NCBI GenBank assembly: GCA_038213665.1
Contig: JBBQSS010000001.1
Span: 1-58,595 of the forward strand
Direction: 5' to 3'
Length of the DNA stretch: 58,595 nucleotides
Source of the DNA: Burkholderiales bacterium
GTDB lineage: Bacteria > Pseudomonadota > Gammaproteobacteria > Burkholderiales > Burkholderiaceae_C
Shown: one piece after another, positions 49,920 through 58,595 of the stretch
How the letters are laid out: each line of letters opens with the position of its first letter
How positions within the stretch are numbered: the stretch's first letter is position 1
Notes under the pieces: generated by a model
What the model was told of the DNA's origin: nothing
Database searches by the model: none
Seen by the model: the letters and a program-made list of their open reading frames with translations, nothing else
Position numbers and translations under genes: made by a program

Positions 49920-52708
49920 TGAAGCTTCAATTCGATGCGAACCAGGATTACCAACTTGAAGCCATCCGGGCTGTGGTGGCGCTGTTTGAGGGGCAGCCGG
50001 ATGCCTCGCATATCTCCGTTTCACGAGACGATGCGCTTTCCAGTTTGAAGCTGACAGAAACCGGTGTGGCGAATCAGCGTGTGATCACCGATGAACAGTG
50101 GCTGGCAAACTTGAACGCAGTGCAAAAAACACAAGGCATTGAGCCGTCTGCGGCATTGGAGCCGATCACCTTGGATGATGGCACCCCGTTGGCTTCCCCG
50201 TTTGGGGCGTTCCCAAACTTCACGGTGGAGATGGAAACGGGCACCGGCAAGACCTACGTGTACCTGCGAACGGTGCATGAGTTGTCGAAGACCTACGGCT
50301 TCAAGAAGTTCGTGATTGTGGTTCCATCGGTGGCCATTCGCGAAGGTGTGCTCAAGAGCCTGCAAATCACCAAGGAGCACTTTCAGACCTTGTACGACTA
50401 TGAGCGTGTGGAGTTTTCGGTGTACGACGCCACCAGGGTCAATCAGCTTCGCAACTTTTCACTGTCGAATGCGATCCAGGTTTTGGTCATCAATATCGAT
50501 GCTTTTGCCAAGGACTCTACCGAGTCTAGCGGTGATGCAGACGCGAAGAAGGCCAAGAAGAGCAAGGGCAACGTGATCAATCAGGTGCGTGAAACGGGTA
50601 CCCGGCCGATTGAATTTATCCAAGCGGCGCATCCCATCGTGATCTTGGACGAGCCGCAGAATCTGGAGACCGATAACCGCAAGCTGGCTCTGGCCCGCTT
50701 GGCACCCATGTGTACGTTGCGCTATTCGGCCACGCACCGTAACACCTATAACCTGATCCACTCCCTGGACCCAGTGCGTGCCTATGAACTAGGTTTGGTC
50801 AAGCAGATCGGCGTGGATTCTGTGATTGAGTTGAAGGATGCCAACCAAGCCTTTGTGGAAGTAGAGAGGTTTAAGACCGGTGCACGCAGTGTGTCGGCCA
50901 AGCTTTCAATCTGGGTCAACCAAGCGCAAGGCCCGTCGAAAAAGAGTGTGACAGTCAAGAACGGCGATGACCTCTACAAGTTGTCGAATCAGCGCGAGAT
51001 TTACCGCGATGGCTTCATCATCAACGAGATTGATGCGGGCGAAGGCTTTGTCACCTTTGCCAACGATGTGAAGGTACGCAAAGGCAGCCCCCATGGTGCT
51101 CTGACTGATGTCATTCTGCGCATGCAGATCGAGGCTACAGTGCGCCGCCATTTTGAAAAAGCGCAGAAGCTGCACCCTATGGGTATCAAAGTGCTATCGG
51201 TTTTTTTCATCGACCGGGTGGCTAATTACAGGGTCTATGGCGAGGATGGCACGGCAACCCAAGGTAAGTATGCTGCATGGTTCGAAGAGATTTACGAGCA
51301 ATACCGCGCAAGGTCTGAATATGCGGGGTTGATGGTTCATGACGTCGCAAAAGTTCACAACGGGTACTTTTCACAGGACAAACGGGCGGTATCACCTTTT
51401 GAAACTGTGACTGGCAAGACCAATGCCGACGCGGAATCCAGCACGTTTGAACTCATCATGCGCGATAAAGAGCGGCTGCTGGACTTGGCGGAACCGTTGG
51501 CCTTTATTTTCAGCCACTCCGCACTTCGCGAGGGCTGGGACAACCCGAACGTATTCCAGATTTGCACCCTAGCTGAATCCAGCTCAGAGATCAAGAAGCG
51601 CCAGGAGATTGGGCGCGGCCTGCGCTTGTGCGTAAACAAGGATGGCGAGCGGGTGCGCGATCGCGCCATCAATCGCCTGACCGTGATTGCCAATGAAAGT
51701 TACGAAGACTTCGCCAACCAGTTGCAGACCGAGATGGTCGAGGCGGGCGTGAAGTTCAAGCGCGAGATGGTGCAAAACGAGCGTGACAAGGTGACCGTGC
51801 GTTTACGCAAGGGCTACGACACCGACAACCAGTTTTTGGCGCTCTGGGAGAAGATTCGGGCACGAACCCGTTACCGGGTGCAGTACAAGACGAGTGAATT
51901 GATTGCCAAGGCGGCGAGCCGTATCAATACCAAGATGCCCGTCATTGAACGCCCCAAGGTGGCGCTGACCCGTGCCGACATTGCCCTTGATGCGACTGGA
52001 GTAACGGGTAAGCAAACCGGTTTTCGGACGCAGACGGTGGATGTGAAGTATGCGATGCCCGATTTTGTAGGCCAGGTCCAAGCGAAGACGGGTTTGGCAA
52101 AGTCCACAGTTGCGCGCATTCTGCTGGATTCCGGGCGGTTGGGGGATGCTGTAAACAACCCGCAGGCGTTTGTGGACCACGCGGCGGAACTGGTGAATGC
52201 AGAGAAGCGTGAGTTTCTGGTGTACGGTGACGGCTCCGAGGGGAGCGGCGTTCAATACGTGAAGATGGACGATGCGTTTTATGAAATGCGCCGGTTTGAG
52301 TCGGGCGATTTGATGGACGTATTTGCATCCAACGTGCTCGCCGTAGACAAACAGGAGAAAACGCTGTTTTCCCATATCGTCATCGATTCCCACTCCACGC
52401 CCGAGCGTTCGTTTGCGCAGGCTTGTGAAGACAACAACGATGTGCTGTTTTACATCAAGCTGCCGCGCTGGTTTCAGATTGAAACGCCGGTCGGCCCGTA
52501 CAACCCCGATTGGGCTTTGGCTTACCGAAATGACAAGGTGCTGTACTTTGTCGCGGAAACCAAGAAAACCGGCAATACCGATCATGTGCAGCTTGGCATG
52601 TTGCGGCCGCTTGAAGACTTGCACATCGAGTGTGGCAAGCGGCACTTCAAGAATTTCGAGCAGGTGACCTTCAAGGTGGTCAGCACCTTGACGGAATTAG
52701 TTGCCTGA
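49919..52708 (+). CDS. res: Type III R-M restriction subunit (Res)
   Basis: METGTGKT, ILDEPQ, RYSATH, LREGWDNPNVFQIC, QEIGRGLR, C-terminal YNPDW...VAETK nuclease. Confidence 0.95.
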   Translation: MKLQFDANQDYQLEAIRAVVALFEGQPDASHISVSRDDALSSLKLTETGVANQRVITDEQWLANLNAVQKTQGIEPSAALEPITLDDGTPLASPFGAFPNFTVEMETGTGKTYVYLRTVHELSKTYGFKKFVIVVPSVAIREGVLKSLQITKEHFQTLYDYERVEFSVYDATRVNQLRNFSLSNAIQVLVINIDAFAKDSTESSGDADAKKAKKSKGNVINQVRETGTRPIEFIQAAHPIVILDEPQNLETDNRKLALARLAPMCTLRYSATHRNTYNLIHSLDPVRAYELGLVKQIGVDSVIELKDANQAFVEVERFKTGARSVSAKLSIWVNQAQGPSKKSVTVKNGDDLYKLSNQREIYRDGFIINEIDAGEGFVTFANDVKVRKGSPHGALTDVILRMQIEATVRRHFEKAQKLHPMGIKVLSVFFIDRVANYRVYGEDGTATQGKYAAWFEEIYEQYRARSEYAGLMVHDVAKVHNGYFSQDKRAVSPFETVTGKTNADAESSTFELIMRDKERLLDLAEPLAFIFSHSALREGWDNPNVFQICTLAESSSEIKKRQEIGRGLRLCVNKDGERVRDRAINRLTVIANESYEDFANQLQTEMVEAGVKFKREMVQNERDKVTVRLRKGYDTDNQFLALWEKIRARTRYRVQYKTSELIAKAASRINTKMPVIERPKVALTRADIALDATGVTGKQTGFRTQTVDVKYAMPDFVGQVQAKTGLAKSTVARILLDSGRLGDAVNNPQAFVDHAAELVNAEKREFLVYGDGSEGSGVQYVKMDDAFYEMRRFESGDLMDVFASNVLAVDKQEKTLFSHIVIDSHSTPERSFAQACEDNNDVLFYIKLPRWFQIETPVGPYNPDWALAYRNDKVLYFVAETKKTGNTDHVQLGMLRPLEDLHIECGKRHFKNFEQVTFKVVSTLTELVA

Positions 52709-52740
52709 TGGGGCGGGTACCCTACTTGCTAGAAATGGAA

Positions 52741-52983
52741 TCAGTGGTGTTTGTGTTTGCCATTCGCCTGTGGCTTGAGCTTGATCTTGATGCCGCGCAT
52801 GCCCGCCACCCGGTGCGCGGCGCGCTCAACCTGGAACTTGGTTTGGTGCGTTTCCACCTCGCCTGACAAGGTGACCATGCCATCGTCCACATCAATTTGA
52901 ATCTCGGAGCCGCTGACGGCGGGGATCGCATCAAGCCGTTCCATCAATTCAGCCTTCAAGTCTGCATCTGACTTCATCACCAT
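52741..52983 (-). CDS. Single BON-domain protein
   Basis: KSDADLK..DDGMVTLSGEV..ERAAHRVAG. Confidence 0.75.
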   Translation of the reverse strand: MVMKSDADLKAELMERLDAIPAVSGSEIQIDVDDGMVTLSGEVETHQTKFQVERAAHRVAGMRGIKIKLKPQANGKHKHH

Positions 52984-53115
52984 AGTTCCCCCGAATGAAA
53001 GTGGCGCCAACCAGGCGCACGGTTGCTGTTTCATAAGGACAACTTTAGACAACCCCGGCAAAAAAATGATGCGAATTCGCAACGCCGCACCAGACAAGTG
53101 CGTTGGCTCGTTCAA

Positions 53116-54567
53116 TCAATCCCGTGGCGGCGCAATCGCTTCCACATAGTCGTACAGCGCGCCCAGCACGGCCTCGCCACGCGCGTCGGCGGTCTCGGCC
53201 AGTTGGTCGAGTTCTTCAAACAGTTGGTCAATGGTGGTGGCACCACCCTCCCCGTCAAACAACCTGGCCGCGCGGTGCGCGTCCCACCGCTGCAATTCTT
53301 CCAGGCTCAGGCTTTGCGGGAAATTGCGCGCCCGGTAGCGCCACAGCAATTCAGCCAGGCGGGCATCGTTAAAAGCCGGCCGGGCGGTGGCCAGCTCTTG
53401 CGGCGTGCGCTGGCGCAAGTCGTTGAGCCTGCGGCGGTCAGCGTTGTTGACAAAGCCACCATACAAGTCTTCATCCACATCGACCGGGCCAGCGGCTGTG
53501 CGGTTGAAGACGTCTGCCCAAATGGCGCTCATGTCAGGCAAATCGCGGGCAGCTGCGGCGTGCTGCAGTTGCGCGGCTTTGTCCAGGCCCCAGCGCTGCG
53601 CCATCTCCACACTGAGTACTTTCAAGTGGCTCATCACCATCGGCGATTTGTTCAGATGCACCGACTTGAGCGGCAAGCGGCGCATGCCGGGCGGCAAGTC
53701 TGCCGTTTTGGTGAACAGGCGCAGGCGAATCTGTTCGGCGTTGAGGTTGGCCAATTCGCTTGGGTCAAAGGCCAGGTCCCAGGCCAGCAACTCGTTTTTG
53801 TTGCCGGGATGCATGGCCAGCGGCCACATCAGGGCGACACAACCGCGCTCTGGGGCAAACATGCCCGACACATGCAAAAACGGTTTGGCGTGGGTCAAGG
53901 GGGTGGGCAGGCCCAGTTCGGCCATCACCCGGTCTTTTTTGTGCAGACCAAAACAAAAGTCGAACAACTTTGGCTGTGCGGTTTTGATGAGCCGCGCCAG
54001 GGCGATGGTGGCGTGCACATCGCTCAAGGCATCGTGGGCCGACTCGTGCGCCAGGCCGTTGGCGGCGCTCAGGTCGGTCAATTTGAAGCTGGGTTTGCCC
54101 TCGGCGTTCAGCGGCCACTGGATGCCTTCAGGACGCAGTGCATAGGCGGTGCGCACCACATCGAGCAAGTCCCAGCGGCCGCAGTCGTTTTGCCATTCAC
54201 GCGCGTAGGGGTCGATCAGGTTGCGCCAGAACATGAAGCGCGTGATCTCGTCATCAAAACGAATGGTGTTGTACCCCACACCCACCGTGCCCGGCCAAGC
54301 CAGGGCGTGCTCAATCTGGGCGGCAAACTGGTGCTCTGGCAGGCCTTTTTCCAGGCACTCCTGGGGCGTGATGCCGGTGATCAGGCAGGCCTGGGACTCA
54401 GGTAAAAAATCATTGGCGGGCTGGCAGTACCACATGATTGGCTCGCCGATCTGGTTCAGATCAGCGTCGGTGCGAATCGCCGCAAACTGGGCCGGGCGCG
54501 TGCGGCGGGTGTTGGCACCAAAGGTTTCGTAGTCGTGCCAGAGAAAGGTGTGGGTCATGAGTGTCAT
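53116..54567 (-). CDS. sbcB: Exodeoxyribonuclease I
   Basis: HDYETFG, GYNTIRFDDE, AHDALSDV. Confidence 0.96.
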   Translation of the reverse strand: MTLMTHTFLWHDYETFGANTRRTRPAQFAAIRTDADLNQIGEPIMWYCQPANDFLPESQACLITGITPQECLEKGLPEHQFAAQIEHALAWPGTVGVGYNTIRFDDEITRFMFWRNLIDPYAREWQNDCGRWDLLDVVRTAYALRPEGIQWPLNAEGKPSFKLTDLSAANGLAHESAHDALSDVHATIALARLIKTAQPKLFDFCFGLHKKDRVMAELGLPTPLTHAKPFLHVSGMFAPERGCVALMWPLAMHPGNKNELLAWDLAFDPSELANLNAEQIRLRLFTKTADLPPGMRRLPLKSVHLNKSPMVMSHLKVLSVEMAQRWGLDKAAQLQHAAAARDLPDMSAIWADVFNRTAAGPVDVDEDLYGGFVNNADRRRLNDLRQRTPQELATARPAFNDARLAELLWRYRARNFPQSLSLEELQRWDAHRAARLFDGEGGATTIDQLFEELDQLAETADARGEAVLGALYDYVEAIAPPRD

Positions 54568-54583
54568 GGTTTGTGGTTTGTTT

Positions 54584-54646
54584 TGCTATATAAAAAATAG
54601 CTGCTTGCGCTTATTACATAAGGGCTAGAGGCTTGTTTTATATAAA
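54584..54646 (+). repeat. Fixed-spacing motif, copy 7 (relA-sbcB gap)
   Basis: GCTA-TATAAAAAA-TAGC-TGCTT-GCGC-TTATTACATAA-GGGC-TAGAGGCT. Confidence 0.88.
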
Positions 54647-56887
54647 TTACTTGCGCCGCGCCCAGCGCACACCGGGCAACTCGGCCACCAGCCCCAACAC
54701 CTTGTGCAGGCGCCCCGCGTCGGCCACTTCCACGGTAAAGGTCATCCATGCAATGCCTTTGATGGTCTGGGTTTGCACGCCAATCACGTTCATTTTTTCT
54801 TTGGTGAAGACCTCGGAGATGTCACGCAGCAAGCCGGTGCGGTCGACGGCCTGCACCGCCACATCCACGGGGAACACCGAGCTGCCTGCGGCCTGGCTCA
54901 AGCCCCATTCCACATCTATCAGACGCTCACCGTTTTTGGCGACCATCTCTGCCAGGTTGGTGCAGTCGGCGCGGTGCACGCTGACCCCCTTGCCACGCGT
55001 GACAAAACCGACGATGGCGTCAGGGGGCGCCGGTTTGCAGCACTTGGCCATTTGTGTCATGAGTGAATCCACCCCCACCACCAGCAGGCCGCCCTTGCTC
55101 GGGTTTTTGTCGCTGCGGGGTTTGCGAATCAGCGGGGCCTCGGCATCAAACTGGGCGGGCTCGTTTGGGCGCAGCAGCTGCTCAATCGGGCGCAGGGAAA
55201 ACTCGTCTTTGCCGACCGATTCAAACAGCGCATCGGCCGAGGTAAAGCCCAGCTGCGCGGCCAGGTCGTCGAGTTTGATGGCCGTTTTGCCCTCACGCTG
55301 CAGCAGCTTTTCAACCACTTCGCGGCCTTTGGCGATGGTCTCGGAAAGCGCCATCAGATTGAACCAGGCACGCACTTTGGTGCGCGCGCGGTGGCTGACC
55401 AAATAACCCTGCTCCGGGTTGAGCCAGTCGCGTGACGGGCCGCCCTCTTTGGCCGTGGTCACTTCAACGGTCTGGCCGTTCTTTAAAGGGGTGTTGAGCG
55501 GCACCATGGCCCCATCCACCCGGGCCCCCCGGCAGCGGTGGCCCACACTGGTGTGCACGGTGTAGGCAAAGTCCACGGCGGTGGCGCCCTGGGGCAGCTC
55601 AACAATGGCGGCGTCGGGGGTCAGCACATAAATAGCGTCTTCAAACACGCCTTGCGTCTGGGTGCCCGAGAGGTCACGCTGCCATGCCAGCAACTGGCGC
55701 AGCACGGCAATTTTGGCGTCGTAGTCGCTGCTGGCAGACACACCGGCGTAGCCTTTGGCCCCGGCTTCCTTGTAGGCCCAATGGGCGGCCACACCGTTTT
55801 CGGCATGGTCGTGCATGGCCTGGGTGCGGATCTGGATTTCCACCGGCGAGCCGTCCGCATCGCGCACCACGGTGTGCAAGGACTGGTAGCCGTTGACCTT
55901 GGGTTTGGCAATGTAGTCGTCAAACTCTTCAGGAATTGGCGTGAAATGGCTGTGCACCCAGCTCAGGGCGTCATAACACTCGGGCACGCTCGCCACCATG
56001 ATGCGCATCGCGCGCACGTCATACACATGGTCAAAGGCCAGCGATTTGCCGCGCATTTTTTTCACAATGCTGTAGATGTGCTTGGGGCGACCCGAGACGC
56101 GGGCGTTGATGCCATTGGCGTTCAGGTCGGCTTCCAGCTGGGCGCACATGCGTGCCATGTAGACCTCGCGCTCTACGCGTTTTTCGTCCAGCAGCCCGGC
56201 CACCTCGCGGTAGGTGTCGGGCTCCTGAGCGCGAAACGCCAGGTCTTCCATCTCCCACTTCATCTCCCAAATGCCTAGCCGGTTGGCCAAGGGCGCGAAG
56301 ACTTGCAAAGCCTCGGCAGCTATGCCCTGCGGTATGGGCAACTTGCTGGTGGTAAAAAATCGCAGGGTTTGCAGGCGCGACGCCAGCCGCAGCATCACCA
56401 CCCGCAAATCACGCGAGAACGCCAGCAGCATCTTGCGCACGTTCTCCACCTGCACCGCCGTGGTTTGCGCTGTGGCCGTGGCGGCGGCATCACCCGCCAA
56501 CCGGATCTGACGGGCATGTCGCTGCACCCGCACCAGCTTGGTGGTTTCCATGGCCAGCGCGGCAAAGTTGCCACCAAAAGCCTTGGCAATGACCTCTTGC
56601 GGCTTGTTCAGATGGTCACAGGCGTACACCAGGTAGCTGGCCGCCTGCATCGCCTCGGAGCCGCCAATGCCTTGCAAAATGTGGGCGACCGCGTCGGCGT
56701 GCGCCAAAGTGTTTTCACCGGTGTCAAGCGTCTCACAGGCCAGCAGCGGCTCGGCAAAGGCACGGGCACGGGCCAATGCGTTGGCCTGCTCAGGCAAGCT
56801 GTGGGCTGTGACAGCCACCACCGGCAGCACCGGCTTTTCGACGGCAGCGTTGCTGTGGGCAGCGTCGGCAATGTAGTTACTTTTCAT
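54647..56887 (-). CDS. relA: (p)ppGpp synthetase RelA
   Basis: Degenerate HD domain, GRPKHIYSI, NGYQSLH, EIQIRT, TGS and ACT domains. Confidence 0.93.
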   Translation of the reverse strand: MKSNYIADAAHSNAAVEKPVLPVVAVTAHSLPEQANALARARAFAEPLLACETLDTGENTLAHADAVAHILQGIGGSEAMQAASYLVYACDHLNKPQEVIAKAFGGNFAALAMETTKLVRVQRHARQIRLAGDAAATATAQTTAVQVENVRKMLLAFSRDLRVVMLRLASRLQTLRFFTTSKLPIPQGIAAEALQVFAPLANRLGIWEMKWEMEDLAFRAQEPDTYREVAGLLDEKRVEREVYMARMCAQLEADLNANGINARVSGRPKHIYSIVKKMRGKSLAFDHVYDVRAMRIMVASVPECYDALSWVHSHFTPIPEEFDDYIAKPKVNGYQSLHTVVRDADGSPVEIQIRTQAMHDHAENGVAAHWAYKEAGAKGYAGVSASSDYDAKIAVLRQLLAWQRDLSGTQTQGVFEDAIYVLTPDAAIVELPQGATAVDFAYTVHTSVGHRCRGARVDGAMVPLNTPLKNGQTVEVTTAKEGGPSRDWLNPEQGYLVSHRARTKVRAWFNLMALSETIAKGREVVEKLLQREGKTAIKLDDLAAQLGFTSADALFESVGKDEFSLRPIEQLLRPNEPAQFDAEAPLIRKPRSDKNPSKGGLLVVGVDSLMTQMAKCCKPAPPDAIVGFVTRGKGVSVHRADCTNLAEMVAKNGERLIDVEWGLSQAAGSSVFPVDVAVQAVDRTGLLRDISEVFTKEKMNVIGVQTQTIKGIAWMTFTVEVADAGRLHKVLGLVAELPGVRWARRK

Positions 56888-56903
56888 CAGCTCAGACTCA
56901 GCC

Positions 56904-57809
56904 TTAATCCAGCAAAAAAGACAGCACGGTGTGCACCTGATCGTCGGCCACAAAGGTGGGGGCATGGCCAACACCGGCAAATTCAATGAGTTGCGCCCGG
57001 GGGCCGCGTTGGGTCATGGAAAGCGCAGTTTGGGGCGACAGCAAGTCCGATTCAGCCCCGCGCACCAGCAGCGTTTGGGCGCTGATCTGGTCATAGGCCA
57101 GCCACAACAAGGCCTCGCTTTGCGCGGCGACATCCAGGGTCATGGCCTTGAAAGGCCCGGCCAGCGCCGGGTCGTAGTGCAAGCTCAGGCGGCCACTGCC
57201 ATCGGCCAAGGGTTTGAGCTGCGGGCGGCTCAACGCCAGCCACTGCGCCGGCGTGTGCGGGCCAAAGCTGCTGGCAACCGTCCGCAGGGCATCTGCCGCC
57301 TGCTGCTCAGACTCAAACGCACCGGTTTTGCCCAAATACTGGCCAATGCGCTGCAGGGCTTGCCATTCAATCACCGGACCCACGTCATTGAGCACCAAGC
57401 GGCGCACCTTGGCATGCGCCGGTAGCTCCGGCCAGCCCGCCACCACCATGCCAATCAGGCCGCCCATGCTGGTGCCCAACCAGTCAAGCGTAGCGGGCTT
57501 GAGCTGCGCCAGCAAGACCAACATGTCGGCGGCATAGGTGGGAATCTGGTAGTGCGCCGGGTCTTTCAGCCAGTCGCTCTGGCCCCGCCCGGCCACGTCC
57601 GGGCACACCACGCGAATGGGGTGACCAGTGCCCGCGGCGCGCTGGCACAGGGCCCGCGCGAGCACATCAAAGTCGCGACCCTGGCGCGTCAAGCCGTGCA
57701 CGCACAGCACCACATGGGCGCTGTCGGGCTGGCCCCACTGCCAATAAGCCATGCGGTGGCCGCCTTGCGGGTCGGGGCAGGTGACAAATTCAAGGGTAGG
57801 TTCAAACAT
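56904..57809 (-). CDS. Alpha/beta hydrolase
   Basis: HGLTR, GTSMGG, GHAP. Confidence 0.9.
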   Translation of the reverse strand: MFEPTLEFVTCPDPQGGHRMAYWQWGQPDSAHVVLCVHGLTRQGRDFDVLARALCQRAAGTGHPIRVVCPDVAGRGQSDWLKDPAHYQIPTYAADMLVLLAQLKPATLDWLGTSMGGLIGMVVAGWPELPAHAKVRRLVLNDVGPVIEWQALQRIGQYLGKTGAFESEQQAADALRTVASSFGPHTPAQWLALSRPQLKPLADGSGRLSLHYDPALAGPFKAMTLDVAAQSEALLWLAYDQISAQTLLVRGAESDLLSPQTALSMTQRGPRAQLIEFAGVGHAPTFVADDQVHTVLSFLLD

Positions 57810-57972
57810 GGCAAAGTCTGCAATCAAAATGAAGGCGGGATAATGTGCGGCTAATGGACATGGTCCTGAGTGCCGCTGCGTTGCGTCAGGCACATGGCAG
57901 CATCCTAATTCAAACTCGACGCACGGCTTTCACACCGCCTGATTCATTCAACATACTCATCAAGGAAAACCC

Positions 57973-58595
57973 ATGCTCAAAGGTAAAACAGCGCTTGTCA
58001 CCGGCTCCACCAGCGGGATAGGCTTAGGCATTGCCAAGGCGCTGGCCGCTCAGGGCGCCCACATCGTGCTCAATGGCTTTGGCGATGTGGAAGGCCCCAA
58101 AGCCGAAGTGGCCGCTTTGGGCGTGCGCGTGGCCTACCACGGTGCCGACATGAGCAAGCCCGCTGAAATTGAGGCCATGCTGACCTATGCCGCCGAGCAG
58201 TTTGGCCGGGTTGACATTCTGGTCAACAACGCCGGCATTCAGCATGTGGCACGCATCGAGAACTTCCCGCCAGAGCGTTGGGACGCCATCATTGCCATCA
58301 ACATGAGCAGCGCGTTCCATGCCACCCGGCTGGCCTTGCCGGCCATGCAGGCGGCGGGCTGGGGCCGCATCATCAACGTGGCATCGGTTCACGGCCTGGT
58401 GGGGTCGGCTGAAAAATCAGCCTACGTCACCGCCAAACACGGTGTGATCGGCCTGACCAAGGTGACCGCCTTGGAAAACGCCACCAGCGGCGTCACCTGC
58501 AACGCGATTTGCCCTGGCTGGGTGCTGACCCCGCTGGTGCAAAAGCAGGTCGATGCCAAGGCCGCGGCACTGGGGGTTTCCAACGAAGATGCCAC
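57973..58595 (+). CDS. bdhA: 3-hydroxybutyrate dehydrogenase (runs off the window end)
   Basis: MLKGKTALVTGSTSGIG, NNAGIQH, SVHGLV, YVTAKHG. Confidence 0.92.
   Translation, partial: MLKGKTALVTGSTSGIGLGIAKALAAQGAHIVLNGFGDVEGPKAEVAALGVRVAYHGADMSKPAEIEAMLTYAAEQFGRVDILVNNAGIQHVARIENFPPERWDAIIAINMSSAFHATRLALPAMQAAGWGRIINVASVHGLVGSAEKSAYVTAKHGVIGLTKVTALENATSGVTCNAICPGWVLTPLVQKQVDAKAAALGVSNEDA

Noticed and set aside
41580-53115. Prophage or ICE call for the island
   Set aside because: No integrase, structural or conjugation genes, and no flanking direct repeats found
545-54646. The dispersed motif as CRISPR repeats or integron attC sites
   Set aside because: Not arrayed, often intragenic, no cas or integrase gene, no RYYYAAC/GTTRRRY ends
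56400-56887. Degenerate HD domain of the RSH protein as a pseudogene sign
   Set aside because: Normal for synthetase-only RelA

Overview
A 58.6-kb chromosomal segment from a betaproteobacterium. Gene order and protein sequences fit Comamonadaceae (Rhodoferax/Polaromonas-like); this is an inference. The core backbone carries an asparaginase and lexA (two SOS boxes), tRNAs Gly-Gly-Cys-Leu, tig-clpP-clpX-lon, an RND pump, hpnC, a phasin, tRNA-Lys, tolB-pal-cpoB-tcdA, msbA, yebC-purD-hemF-nadD-rsfS-rlmH-maf-rng, upp, sbcB, relA and bdhA. There are two accessory blocks. (i) A mosaic LPS glycosylation locus between tolB and msbA, with an IS5 remnant. (ii) An island between upp and sbcB with BON proteins, a second Lon protease and a tightly coupled five-gene operon: RHH regulator, Type III Mod, ABC ATPase, TOPRIM-like (DUF4276-like) protein, Type III Res. 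Two observations stand out. First, a ~63-bp degenerate motif with invariant spacing, GCTA-N9-TAGC-N5-GCGC-N11-GGGC, occurs 7 times; 4 copies are written in frame inside intact housekeeping genes. Second, an ATPase/TOPRIM pair is nested inside the Type III R-M operon and is a candidate back-up anti-phage module. All family calls come from recognising motifs by eye; no searches were run.
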